Shown: piece after piece, positions 1-8,806 of the stretch | Position numbering within the stretch: position 1 is the first letter of the stretch | Layout: every line of letters begins with the position of its first letter | From: Candidatus Methylomirabilota bacterium | GTDB lineage: Bacteria > Methylomirabilota > Methylomirabilia > Rokubacteriales > CSP1-6 | Assembly (NCBI GenBank): GCA_046726415.1 | Contig: JBKPAK010000350.1 | Coordinates: 1-13,694 of the forward strand | Length of the DNA stretch: 13,694 nucleotides | Reading direction: 5' to 3' | The notes under the pieces: generated by a model | The model's input: only the letters and a program-made list of their open reading frames with translations | The model's database searches: none | What the model was told of the DNA's origin: nothing | Position numbers and translations under genes: made by a program

Positions 1-268
1 CGATCGCCGCGGCCGGGAGCGGCAAGGTCGAGCGCTTACTGGAGCGGTCAAGGCCGTATATCTGTCTGATCCGGAGCGTGCGTGTTGGGCGAATAAGTGG
101 GCGTCTCTGTCTCCTCTGGGAGCGTTGATAGCCTGTGACCCTGCGTAAGGTTGTCCTTCGCCTAAATTCCATTCCACCCGACCTGGCGGCTATCCGAGAT
201 CCTGGGCTGGCAGCGCGTCGTCGATGAAACAGCACAACCGCCGTGGCACTAATGTGTCGCCAACATGC

Positions 269-540
269 TGAACCGTCCCGGGTTCCCTGGAGGCTCCAGT
301 CCTTGAGAGGATGGGGTCATGGCCAGACCGAGCAGGTTCTTCCCAGAAGTGCGGGACCGTGCCGTCCGGATGGTCCTGGAGCAGCAGGACAAGCACGAGT
401 CACAGTGGGCGGCGATCACCTCGATCGCGGAGAAGATCGGGTGTACGGCTGAGACGTTGCGGAGCTGGGTGCGGCAGGCCGAGCATGATGGGGGCCGCCG
501 CGCCGGGCTGACGACGGAGGAGCGGGGGCGGCTGAAACAG
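269..540 (+). mobile_element. IS3-family insertion sequence, left-end remnant (IRL plus partial orfA)
   Basis: Begins TGAACCGTCCCGGGTTCCCTGGAGGCTC at 269, resembling the TGAACCGCCCCGG... left ends of IS51-group IS3 elements such as IS629 and IS6110. OrfA starts 50 nt later. I found no orfB or right IR in the window. Confidence 0.85.
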
Positions 541-549
541 ACCCGGTGA
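319..549 (+). pseudogene. IS3-family transposase OrfA (HTH), 3'-truncated
   Basis: MARPSRFFPEVRDRAVRMVLEQ...SQWAAITSIAEKIGCTAETLRSWVRQAE..G.RAGLTTEER.RLKQ is typical OrfA. Homology stops at about 540, before the usual leucine-zipper end and frameshift site. Confidence 0.85.
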
Positions 550-970
550 GGATCTTTCGCAGGTGGCGCTCGCTCAGGACGAGGACATGGTTGAGACACT
601 CTCCGCGGATCGCGCCGATCAGGCGTTCGGCGAAGGGATTCTGCCAAGGGCTTCGGGGAGCCGTGAGGACTTCTTGGATCTGCATGCCCTTCACACGTTG
701 GCGGAAGGAGTCCCCGTAGATGGCGTCTCGATCGCGGAGGAGATAGGCAGGGGCGGTGTCGTCCGGGAAAGTGTCCACGATCTGCTGAGCGGTCCACGCA
801 GCGGTAGGTTGCGCGGCGACGTTGAAGTGCACGACTCGGCGGTGATGGTGAGCGAGGATGACCAGGACAAAGAGCACCCGGAGCTGAGCGGTGGGAACGG
901 TAAAGAAGTCGATCGAGACCAGGTCCCGGACATAGTTCGTGAGGAACGTGCGCCAGGTCTGCGAGGGAGG
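542..970 (-). pseudogene. rve/DDE integrase core-domain transposase fragment, both ends missing
   Basis: Within ORF 416..1372(-): PPSQTWRTFLTNY..DLVSIDFFTVPT..LRVLFVLV.LAHHHRRVVHFNV...PTAAWTAQQ...YLLRDRDAIYG..F...APRSPWQNPFAERLIGAIRGECLNHVLVLSERHLRKIL. The flanking parts of that ORF are not homologous. Confidence 0.88.
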
Positions 971-987
971 TATAACATCCTCGGCTA

Positions 988-1135
988 CTATCGCGACTCG
1001 CCAGCGGTGATGGTCTGGAACGCCCCCATCGCGCGATGAGCCACGGCGACCTGCTCGGCGAGCGCATAATAATCGAGAGCAAGGCCGAGCCCACGGTCGC
1101 CCATGACAGCTCGACCAACGCCCTGCTCCGACGGG
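988..1135 (-). pseudogene. possible C-terminal remnant of a CPA2/Kef-family (YbaL-like) cation:proton antiporter
   Basis: EQGVGRAVMGDRGLGLALDYYAL resembles the end of the TrkA-N domain of CPA2 antiporters (G...VMGERELA). Short match recognised by eye only. Confidence 0.3.
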
Positions 1136-1241
1136 ACCAGATGCACACGGCGACGCGACCGGATGCACAAGGATGGATGACGGACTCCGCGCGGGATCCA
1201 AGAGACACCGACACGGCGGCGCCAGACATGCGAGGTGACAG

Positions 1242-2135
1242 GTGAGCGACTTCAACGAACAGCTCCAGAAAATGAAGACCCATCCCGGTTTCATTGCCGC
1301 GCTCGACCAGAGCGGCGGCAGCACGCCCAATGCGCTGCGCGCGTACGGAATCAAGGCGGATGCCTGGTCCAACGAGGAGGAGATGTTCGCCCTCGTCCAT
1401 CAAATGCGCACGCGCATCATCACCAGCCCCAGCTTCACCGGGGAGCGGATTCTCGGCGCCATCCTGTTCGAGAACACCGTGGACCGGGACGTCGAGGGGC
1501 AACCGAGCGCCGATTATCTGTGGAAGGTGAAACGCGTGGTGCCGTTTCTGAAGGTGGACAAGGGGCTCGCCGCGGAGAAGGACGGGGTCCAGCTGATGAG
1601 GCCGATTCCCGAGCTGGCGGCTCTCCTCGACAAGGCCAAAGCGAGGCGCATTTTCGGCACGAAGATGCGCTCGGTCATCAAGCACGCCAACGCGGTAGGC
1701 ATCAAGGACATCGTGAACCAGCAGTTCGAGACCGCCAGACCCATCATCGCGGCCGGCCTCGTCCCCATCATCGAGCCCGAAGTGGATATTCACTGCCCGG
1801 AGAAGGCCGAGGCCGAAGAAGCGCTCAAAGTGGCCATCGTCAAGGGGCTCGACGCGCTGCCCGCGGGTCAGCTGGTCATGCTCAAGCTCACCCTGCCGGA
1901 GCGAGACGATCTCTATGCTGAGTGCGTCAGGCATTCCAGGATCGTGCGGGTAGTTGCCCTGTCGGGTGGGTATACCCGCGAAGAAGGCAACCGGCGACTG
2001 CGCAGGAATCACGGCGTGGTGGCGAGCTTTTCACGGGCGCTGGTCGAGGGGCTCTCGGTCCAGCAATCCGATGCGGAGTACAACGCCCTGCTGGATCGAT
2101 CCATTCAGAGCATCTTCGAGGCTTCCAACACCTGA
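1242..2135 (+). CDS. fda: fructose-bisphosphate aldolase class I (bacterial Fda type)
   Basis: 297 aa, GTG start after GAGGTG RBS. Motifs [60 protein letters not shown] (Schiff-base Lys), [15 protein letters not shown]. Confidence 0.95.
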   Translation: MSDFNEQLQKMKTHPGFIAALDQSGGSTPNALRAYGIKADAWSNEEEMFALVHQMRTRIITSPSFTGERILGAILFENTVDRDVEGQPSADYLWKVKRVVPFLKVDKGLAAEKDGVQLMRPIPELAALLDKAKARRIFGTKMRSVIKHANAVGIKDIVNQQFETARPIIAAGLVPIIEPEVDIHCPEKAEAEEALKVAIVKGLDALPAGQLVMLKLTLPERDDLYAECVRHSRIVRVVALSGGYTREEGNRRLRRNHGVVASFSRALVEGLSVQQSDAEYNALLDRSIQSIFEASNT

Positions 2136-2151
2136 GGCCACGAGATTCCTG

Positions 2152-2910
2152 ATGGCCGGGAAGAGGGTGACCGACCTGATTGCCCCCGACCGCTTCGACG
2201 CGGTGCTGTTCGATCTGGACGGCGTGCTCACGTCCACCGCGCGCATCCACTCGCGGTGCTGGAAGGCGATGTTCGATGACTTTCTCGGGCGGCGAGCGGC
2301 GGACAGGAAGGAGCCGTTTCGGGCGTTCGACATCGCGACCGACTACAAGCTGTACGTGGACGGCAAGCCCCGGTACGAGGGCGTGAGGAGTTTCCTGGCC
2401 TCGCGGAACATCTCCCTTCCCGAGGGGACGCCGGCGGATCCGCCAACCGCCGTCACCGTCTGCGGCCTCGGCAACCGCAAGGATGAACTGGTGAAGGCGG
2501 CGATCGATCGGGGCGAGGTCGAGGCCTACCCCGGATCGGTGGCCCTGGTCCGCCGGGTGCGGGAGCAGGGCATCCGCACCGCAGTGGTGTCGTCGAGCAA
2601 CAACTGCCGCGACGTCTTGCAGGCCGCGGGCATCGAGAGCCTGTTCGACGCCCGAGTGGATGGCCTGGTCTCGACCGAGTTCCACCTACCTGGAAAGCCC
2701 GCGCCGGACACGTTCCTGAAGGCCGCCCAGATGCTGGGGGTGAGTCCCGCGCGCGCCGTGGTGGTGGAGGACGCCCTGGCCCGTGTCCAGTCCGGGCGAG
2801 CGGGCGGCTTCGGCCTGGTGATCGGGGTGGATCGAGGCGGGAGCCGGGAGGCTCTCCGCGCTCATGGGGCGGACGTGGTGGTGACCGACCTGGGAGAGTT
2901 GCTGAACTGA
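2152..2910 (+). CDS. beta-phosphoglucomutase-family HAD hydrolase
   Basis: HAD motifs FDLDGV (DxD), VVSSS, GKPAPD, VEDA; YVDGKPRYEGVRSFL and LGNRK typical of this subfamily; lies upstream of a GH65 gene. Start is ATG 2152 or GTG 2167. Confidence 0.9.
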   Translation: MAGKRVTDLIAPDRFDAVLFDLDGVLTSTARIHSRCWKAMFDDFLGRRAADRKEPFRAFDIATDYKLYVDGKPRYEGVRSFLASRNISLPEGTPADPPTAVTVCGLGNRKDELVKAAIDRGEVEAYPGSVALVRRVREQGIRTAVVSSSNNCRDVLQAAGIESLFDARVDGLVSTEFHLPGKPAPDTFLKAAQMLGVSPARAVVVEDALARVQSGRAGGFGLVIGVDRGGSREALRAHGADVVVTDLGELLN

Positions 2911-2955
2911 GGCCGCGGGTCAACAGCTGACCAGCCGCAGGAGGGCCCGAGACGG

Positions 2956-4397
2956 ATGATCAAGCGCGAACCGGTCCTTCCTCCGGAACTTCTCTACCCG
3001 ATCGAAGCATGGCGGTGGGTGGAGCGATCGTTCGCCCCGCAACTCGTCCCCCAGGCCGAGACGATTTTCACGGTGGCCAACGGGTACCTCGGCGTGCGCG
3101 GGGCGTTCGAGGAGGGGGAGCCCGCCTACCAGCACGGTGCGTTCGTCAACGGCTTCCACGAGACCTGGCCGATCCCCTACGGCGAATGGGCCTTGGAGAT
3201 GTACGTCCTGCCCTTCCTCATCTACACGTCGCCGGGGCTGGCGCGGAACATCCTGCGCTATCGCTACGGCATCCTGGACCGGGCCCGCGCGCGGGCCCGG
3301 TCCCTCGGCCAGAAGGGCGCGTCGTTTCCCTGGCGCACCATCAACGGCGAGGAGGCCTCGGCGTACTATGCCGCCGGCACCGCATCAACGCCGCCATCGC
3401 CCACGCCGTGGTCAAGTACGTGGATATCACTGGCGACCGGGAGTTCCTGCACGAGTGCGGGCCGAGATGCTGGTGGAGACGGCCCGGCTGTGGTATGATT
3501 TCGGATTCTTCTCCGAGCGCCAGGACGGCAGCTTCTGCATCCACCGCGTCACCGGGCCAGACGAGTACACCACGGTGGTCAACAACAACACGTACACCAA
3601 CCTGATGGCCCGGGAAAACCTGCGAAAGGCCACCGACGCCGTCGAGCGCATGCGGGAGGAGAGCCTGGACCACCACCGGGCCCTCGTGCTCCGCACGCGA
3701 CTTGACCCAGACGAGGCGGCGGACTGGCGCCGGGCGGCCGAGCGGATGTATATTCCCTTCGACGCCCGCCTGGGGATCCATCCCCAGGACGACGAGTTCC
3801 TCGATCTGAAGCGGTGGGACTTCGCGAACGTGCCTCCGGACCAGTACCCGCTGCTGCTCCATTTTCATCCGCTGGTCATCTATCGGCACCAGGTGATCAA
3901 GCAGGCGGATGTGGTCCTGGCCATGTTCCTGCTCGGCGACGAGTTCAGCCTGGAGCAGAAGAAGCGCAACTACGACTACTACGACCCGCTGACGACCGGG
4001 GACTCCTCCCTGTCAGCGTGCATCCAGGGTATCGTGGCCTTCGAGGTCGGCTACGAGGACCTCGGCCTCAGTTACCTGATCAATGGCTTGCTCATGGATC
4101 TGGCGGACGCCAGCGGGAACGTGAAGGACGGGTGTCACATCGCGTTGATGGGCGGGACGTGGATGGGGGTGGTCTACGGGCTGGCCGGTTTACGCGACGG
4201 CGGCGGGACGCTGTCGTTCAATCCCGGGCGGGTGCGGGATTGCACTTCCGCCTCACCGTTCGCGGTCAGCGCCTCGCCGTCGCCATCACGCCAGACGGGG
4301 CGACGTATCACCTGGAGCAGGGTGACGGTCTGACCGTGTGTACCACCGTGGCGAGCGCTTGGATTTGAAACCCGGAGAACCCGTTCACCGGCCCTGA
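2956..4397 (+). pseudogene. glycoside hydrolase family 65 (trehalose/maltose/kojibiose phosphorylase-like), internally deleted and frameshifted
   Basis: N-terminal ETIFTVANGYLGVRG...NGFHETWPIPYGE joins directly to W..EMYVLPFL at 3186/3187. Then FPWRTINGEEASAYYAAGT, VTGPDEY (catalytic Glu), QVIKQADVVLAMFL, YYDPLTTGDSSLS. Frame breaks at about 3383 (QYH missing), 3460, 4235 and 4338. The final frame reads YHRGERLDLKPGEPVHRP* ending 4397. Confidence 0.9.
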
Positions 4398-4419
4398 GCG
4401 CAATGGCTGCGTGTTCGGG

Positions 4420-4597
4420 GGTGTCGCCCATCGAGGCGATATGGCAGCCGTCCTTCACGTTACCGCCCACGTCGGCCAGGTCCATGAGCAGTGCCGCCAT
4501 CCCATACCGAGTCGCTTTCTCCATATCGCCGATCTGGGCGGCGATGATCGCCTCGACGCACGAGGACAGCGAGGAGTCGCCCGTGGTCAGGGGATCG
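4420..4597 (-). pseudogene. internal fragment of a second, diverged GH65 gene in inverted orientation
   Basis: Minus strand reads DPLTTGDSSLSSCVEAIIAAQIGDMEKATRYGMAALLMDLADVGGNVKDGCHIASMG, aligning with plus-strand 3983-4162 DPLTTGDSSLSACIQGIVAFEVGYEDLGLSYLINGLLMDLADASGNVKDGCHIALMG. Confidence 0.88.
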
Positions 4598-4838
4598 CAG
4601 ACTCGCGAGGAGTACCTCCGTCACGTCGGCTGGGGACACAGTGCAATACACGATGCGCTGGCCTTCGCCCGACTGGCAGGCGTCAAGCACCTGCTGCCGT
4701 TCCACCACGATCCCGGGCGGGACGATGCCGCGCTCGAGGCGGCGATCAGCACCGCCATTGCCGACATGAATCCCAACTTTCCGGTGACGCCAGCGGCCGA
4801 GGGGGGAAACCTTCGAGGTCGGCCGACCTCGTTTCTAA
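4598..4838 (+). pseudogene. C-terminal fragment of a metallo-beta-lactamase-fold hydrolase (RNase Z/PhnP-like)
   Basis: Q.TREEY..HVGWGHS...ALAFARLAGVKHLLPFHHDPGRDDAAL. Removing one G from the G6 run at 4801-4806 gives ...AAEGETFEVGRPRF* ending 4838. The N-terminal HxHxDH part is absent. Confidence 0.8.
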
Positions 4839-4908
4839 CAATGGTCACCGCGTCGAAGCGGGCGATCGATCCGCTGGCCTCGCTGAGCCGCGAATGGAGA
4901 AACCAACC

Positions 4909-5511
4909 ATGCGCAATCCGCGATTGAACGCCGTCCTGCTCGGGGCGATGGCACTGGCGGCCTGTTCCACCACGGCGTTTCACTCGACCTGGAAGGCGCC
5001 CGACGCCCGGCCCGTGTCGGCAACCGGCGAGAAGGTCATCGCGCTGGTCGTCAACGCCAACGAGGCGTCGCGCCGTGAGGCCGAGGATGTCCTGGCACGC
5101 GAGCTCACGAAGCGCGGCGCCGCGGGCATCCCTGCCTACACCGTTCTCGGCGATGTCGACCTCAAGAACGAAGGGAGGATCAAAGAGGCCTTTGAGAAAG
5201 CCGGCGCGGTGGGTGTCGTGGTGCTCCGTCCCGTCGGCAAGGAAAAGGAGGTCTACTCGACGCCGTCGGTCTATACGGGACCATATGGGACGTTCTGGGG
5301 TGGCTACTATCCTGGCGCGTGGAGCGGTGGGCAGGTGCGCACCGACACAATCGTGATCGTCGAAACGCTCGTGTACTCGCTCCGCCAGAACAAGCTCGTG
5401 TGGGCGGGGGAGAGTCGGACGACGAATCCAACCAACGTGGACGCGTTCGTTCAGGAGCTGGCGGCCGAGGCGGCCGCGGCGATGAAGAAGCAAGGGGTGA
5501 TCGCCGATTGA
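4909..5511 (+). CDS. uncharacterised lipoprotein (DUF4136-like)
   Basis: GGAGA RBS, ATG 4909, signal peptide with lipobox LAAC, Tyr/Gly-rich stretch, then VETLVYSL.QNKLVWAG.S.T.NP. 200 aa, intact. Confidence 0.8.
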   Translation: MRNPRLNAVLLGAMALAACSTTAFHSTWKAPDARPVSATGEKVIALVVNANEASRREAEDVLARELTKRGAAGIPAYTVLGDVDLKNEGRIKEAFEKAGAVGVVVLRPVGKEKEVYSTPSVYTGPYGTFWGGYYPGAWSGGQVRTDTIVIVETLVYSLRQNKLVWAGESRTTNPTNVDAFVQELAAEAAAAMKKQGVIAD

Positions 5512-5876
5512 AGAGGTTGGTGAGGTCGTGTTCAGGAAGGGCCCGGTCTGGAATCGTGCACGCCCACCTCGGGAAGATGGCAGAGGTGGCGCTCCCGACC
5601 GGCAAGACGGGTACCTGCGATCCGATCTCTACCGGACTGTGCTTGCTGCTCTGAAGACCGCGAGCGACCCGCCCGGGACCAGCTTGACACTCTGGCCCGG
5701 CGGGCGGGAATGGAGGTGATCGAAATCGCCGACGACCGTAGGCGACCGGTTCTGCCTGTGCCGCGAACGGCTTGGCGGCTGGTGGGTAGGGTGCGGCCGA
5801 GCTCTCTCTCGGCGCCAACCCAGAGCTTTTCCTAGGGACTTCAGCGGTGTCTCTTACGGAAGGAGGTCACGGGGTC

Positions 5877-6304
5877 ATGAGGACGACGAGGCGGCTAACC
5901 CTGGCTCTAACGTTGACGTGTCTGATGCTGGCGACGGGTGCCCTGGCGCAGGGGACACAACGGGGAAGGTCACGTTCGAGACCACATCCGTCGCGATAGG
6001 CATGGGGTCAGCTGGGGTGACGGGACTCTCGAGTACCGCGGCCAGACGTATAAGTTCAGCATCAAGGGGGCTGAGCGTGGTAGATCTTGGTGTCTCCAAG
6101 GTCACGGCCAAGGGCGAAGTGTCCAAGCTCAACAAGCTCGAGGACTTTTCCGGGAACTATGTGTCGGCGGCGGCGGTGGGCGGCGGGGCCGGCGTGGCCG
6201 CGCTGAGGAACCAGAACGGTGTCGAGATGGCGCTGACGGCCACCGCCCAGGGCATCAGGTTCGCCATCCCGGCCGGGGGCGTCGACATCAAGCTCAAGCA
6301 GTAA
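5877..6304 (+). CDS. secreted beta-rich protein (possibly DUF1134/EipA-like) with three apparent frameshifts
   Basis: AGGAGG RBS at 5861, ATG 5877, signal peptide MRTTRRLTLALTLTCLMLATGALA. Correcting G runs at 5951-54, 6004-07 and 6066-70 gives QGDTTGKVTFETTSVAIGMGVSWGDGTLEYRGQTYKFSIKGLSVVDLGVSKVTAKGEVSKLNKLEDFSGNY...LRNQNGVEMALTATAQG...GVDIKLKQ. Confidence 0.7.
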
Positions 6305-6327
6305 GCAGGCGTAGGCCGGGAGAGCGC

Positions 6328-6477
6328 ACCAGCAGAGACCGGCGAACGCGCGTCCTTCGGCAACCGCGCGTTATGACGATCCTTACTCGTGCGATTGGCC
6401 CCAGCATTCGGGGACGGGTGAGCGCTGGTCCGCTGGCGGGCCAGCGCCTCCGAGCGCGGTCCAGGGGTCTCGCTGGT
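6328..6477 (+). other. candidate multi-branched structured RNA/DNA element
   Basis: Outer stem ACCAGC(A)GAGACC 6328-40 with GGTCTCGCTGGT 6466-77. It encloses hairpin AACGCGCG/CGCGCGTT (6345-72, containing cUUCGg), two 4-bp hairpins, and an 11-bp hairpin at 6422-47. Confidence 0.3.
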
Positions 6478-6736
6478 CGTCTGACGCTTTGTCAGCGGCA
6501 AACGAAGACGCATCGCGATCCCGGTTGAAAGTGAACGGTCCGGCGCGGTCATCCTCTCTCACGGAAAGCGAGCTCTCGGCCGCGAGAAGGGGGCCGAGAG
6601 CAGCTCGGGAATTTCCCTCAGGCGTTCACGAACCTCGCCCTGATCAGATCTGCCATGCTTCTCGATGGGCAGCTCGCCCGCGCGAACGCTGCGAGGAGGT
6701 GACGAGCCTCCAGCTCACCTCCACAAGGAGCCAGCG

Positions 6737-7243
6737 ATGAGGTGGAACACGCCGCCGCGTCAGGCTAAGCTCGGCGCACCGCATGCCCATGACCGTGGTT
6801 CCGGGACTGCTGCTCGCCGTTCTCATCGGCATCCCAGCCGGCGTGGGCGCCTTCACGTTCGTGTACGCGAAGGGCTTCTCCTACCTCTCCACCGACCCGC
6901 GCGCGTGCGTGAACTGCCATGTCATGAACGAGCAGTACGACGCTTGGCTCAAGAGCGGTCACCGTCACACCGCGACCTGTGTCGAATGCCACCTCCCCCA
7001 CGAGGGCTCGCGAAGTGGGTGGCCAAGGCGGAGCACGGATTCCGGCACTCGGTGGCCTTCACGCTGCAGAACTTCAAGGAGCCCATCGAGATCACGGCTC
7101 GGGACCGCCGGATGGTGCAGGACAACTGCGTGCGCTGTCACGCGGCATTCGTGCGCGACATGCTGCCGATCACGGCGCCGGATTCCCGGGCAGTGAATTG
7201 CCTGCACTGCCACGCCGGGGCCGGCCACGGGGCCGGTCGCTGA
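6737..7243 (+). CDS. nrfH: cytochrome c nitrite reductase small subunit NrfH (tetraheme, NapC/NirT family), apparent frameshift
   Basis: TM helix, FTFVYAKGFSYLSTDPRACVNCHVM, CVECHLPH. Adding one G at 7004-06 continues to AKAEHGFRHSVAFT, CVRCH, CLHCH.GAGH, giving four CXXCH motifs. Start is ATG 6783, or ATG 6737 (after AAGGAG) if there is one further indel. Confidence 0.9.
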   Translation: MRWNTPPRQAKLGAPHAHDRGSGTAARRSHRHPSRRGRLHVRVREGLLLPLHRPARVRELPCHERAVRRLAQERSPSHRDLCRMPPPPRGLAKWVAKAEHGFRHSVAFTLQNFKEPIEITARDRRMVQDNCVRCHAAFVRDMLPITAPDSRAVNCLHCHAGAGHGAGR

Positions 7244-7349
7244 GCATGCTCATATCCGTCGCTGGCGCCGCCGGTCGTCGCTTCGCATCCAGCAAAGCGC
7301 CTGGGTTCCCGCGCATTGTTTGCGACTCGGGGCTGACAGGGGGCTCGGT

Positions 7350-8748
7350 ATGAACAGTGGCGCTCGCGGCACGGCGGGGCGGACCTGGTGGTTGATCGCC
7401 CTCGGATTCCTGGGTGTGGCCGGCCTCACCATGCTACTCCTGTCGCTCCTCACCAACATCTTCGAGCGTAAGCAGGAGGCCCGCCAGTCCTTCGTGCGTG
7501 TCGTCGAGGTGACCGAGGAGACCATGGACCCCAAGACGTGGGGCCAGAACTGGCGCGCGCAGCACGACTCGTACCTCAAGACCTCGCTTCCCACCGCTAC
7601 GAAGTACCGGGGGGCGGGGCCCCGGCGCGAGTGACGCTGGCCCGGCGGAGCAGAAGCTCGACCGGGACCCGTGGCTCCGGCGCATCTTCGCCGGCTACGC
7701 CTTCGCCATCGACTATCGCGACCGCCGCGGCCACGCCTACGCGCTCTTCGATCAGGAGCAGACCCGCCGAGTGACCGAGAAGAAACAGCCCGGCGCGTGC
7801 CTGCAGTGCCACGCCGCGAATCTGGCGCTCTACCGCTTCGTCGGCAAGGGGGATGTTGCGAAAGGCTTCGAGCAGGTGTCCGGCATGCCCTACGAGGAGG
7901 CGCGGAACATGACGGACGGCAAGGGTGAGCTCCTCATCCGGCATCCCCTGGCCTGTGTGGATTGCCACGAGCCGAAGACGATGGCCCTGAGAGTGACCCG
8001 TCCAGGATTCCTGGCGGGGATCAAGGCCCTCAAGGCCAAGCAGGGCGTCCCCGACTACGACCCCAACCGCGATGCCACCCGCCAGGAGATGCGAGCGTAC
8101 GTCTGCGGCCAGTGCCACGTGGAGTACTACTTCAAGGGAGAGGGAAAGATTGTCACCTACCCATGGGCCAACGGCCTCAAGGTCCAGGAGATCGAGGCCT
8201 ACTACGACAAGGAAGGCTTCGCGGACTGGGTACACGCCGAGACGGGGGCCAAGGTGCTCAAGGCGCAGCATCCGGAGTTCGAGGTGTGGAACCAGGGCAT
8301 CCACGCGCGGGCGGGCGTGGCGTGCGCGGACTGTCACATGCCCTACGAGCGGGTGGGCGCCCTCAAGGTGAGCGACCACTGGGTCCGCAGCCCTCTGCTC
8401 AACATCAACCGGGCTTGCCAGACTTGCCACGCCGTCCCCGAGAAAGAGCTGGAGAGCCGCCTGCTCACCATCCAGGACCGGCATCACGAGCTGCTCCAGC
8501 GGGCGGCCTCGGCCACCACCGATCTGCTGGACGCCATCGTGGCCGCCCGCAAGGCCGGCGCCCAGGAGGCCGACGTCCAGGCGGCCCACGCGCTCCACCG
8601 CAAGGCCCAGTGGCGGCTCGACTTCGTGGCCGCCGAGAACTCCATGGGATTCCACGCACCCCAGGAGCTCGCGCGGATCCTGGGCGAGACGATCAACCTC
8701 GCCCGCCAGGGACAGCTCGCCGCCGAGCGCGCCACGCGAAAGCGGTGA
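7350..8748 (+). CDS. nrfA: ammonia-forming pentaheme cytochrome c nitrite reductase NrfA (CXXCH heme-1 variant), apparent +1 frameshift at about 7608
   Basis: N-terminal TM anchor and [12 protein letters not shown]. Removing one C at 7607/8 joins to [24 protein letters not shown]. Hemes CLQCH, CVDCH, CGQCH(VEYYF), CADCH, CQTCH; diagnostic KAQHPEFE; C-terminal [12 protein letters not shown]. About 465 aa after correction. Confidence 0.93.
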
Positions 8749-8806
8749 GCCACGCCGGAGCCAGGAGCCGGGTGGACGCCTGCGTGCCACTGTCGCCCTG
8801 AGGTTC

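Noticed and set aside
1..268. Possible gene tail or mobile-element end at the window start
   Set aside because: Only short frames with no recognisable motif, and there is too little context.
563..1039. 158-aa plus-strand ORF MALAQDEDMVETLSADRADQ...
   Set aside because: It is the antisense frame of the rve integrase fragment.
249..2012. 587-aa minus-strand ORF and other long antisense ORFs (1927-2685, 4621-5493, 7597-8838, 12431-13660)
   Set aside because: These are shadows of real genes on the opposite strand in high-GC DNA, with no recognisable motifs.
4411..4908. N-terminal extension of the 366-aa ORF 4411..5511
   Set aside because: It crosses the GH65 and MBL remnants. The lipoprotein signal and RBS start at 4909.
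5668..5708. Imperfect GC hairpin with TTGACA in the loop
   Set aside because: There is no -10 element at the correct spacing and no U-tract, so neither a promoter nor a terminator is supported.
6448..6660. Partial resemblance to Moco (CTCCGAGC...GGAAAG), c-di-GMP-I (GGCAAAC...GACGCA) and TPP (CCTGATC) riboswitches, and an FNR-like CTGATCAGATC
   Set aside because: Only isolated words match. The required stems or spacings are missing, and the FNR-like site has the wrong spacer and mismatched half-sites.
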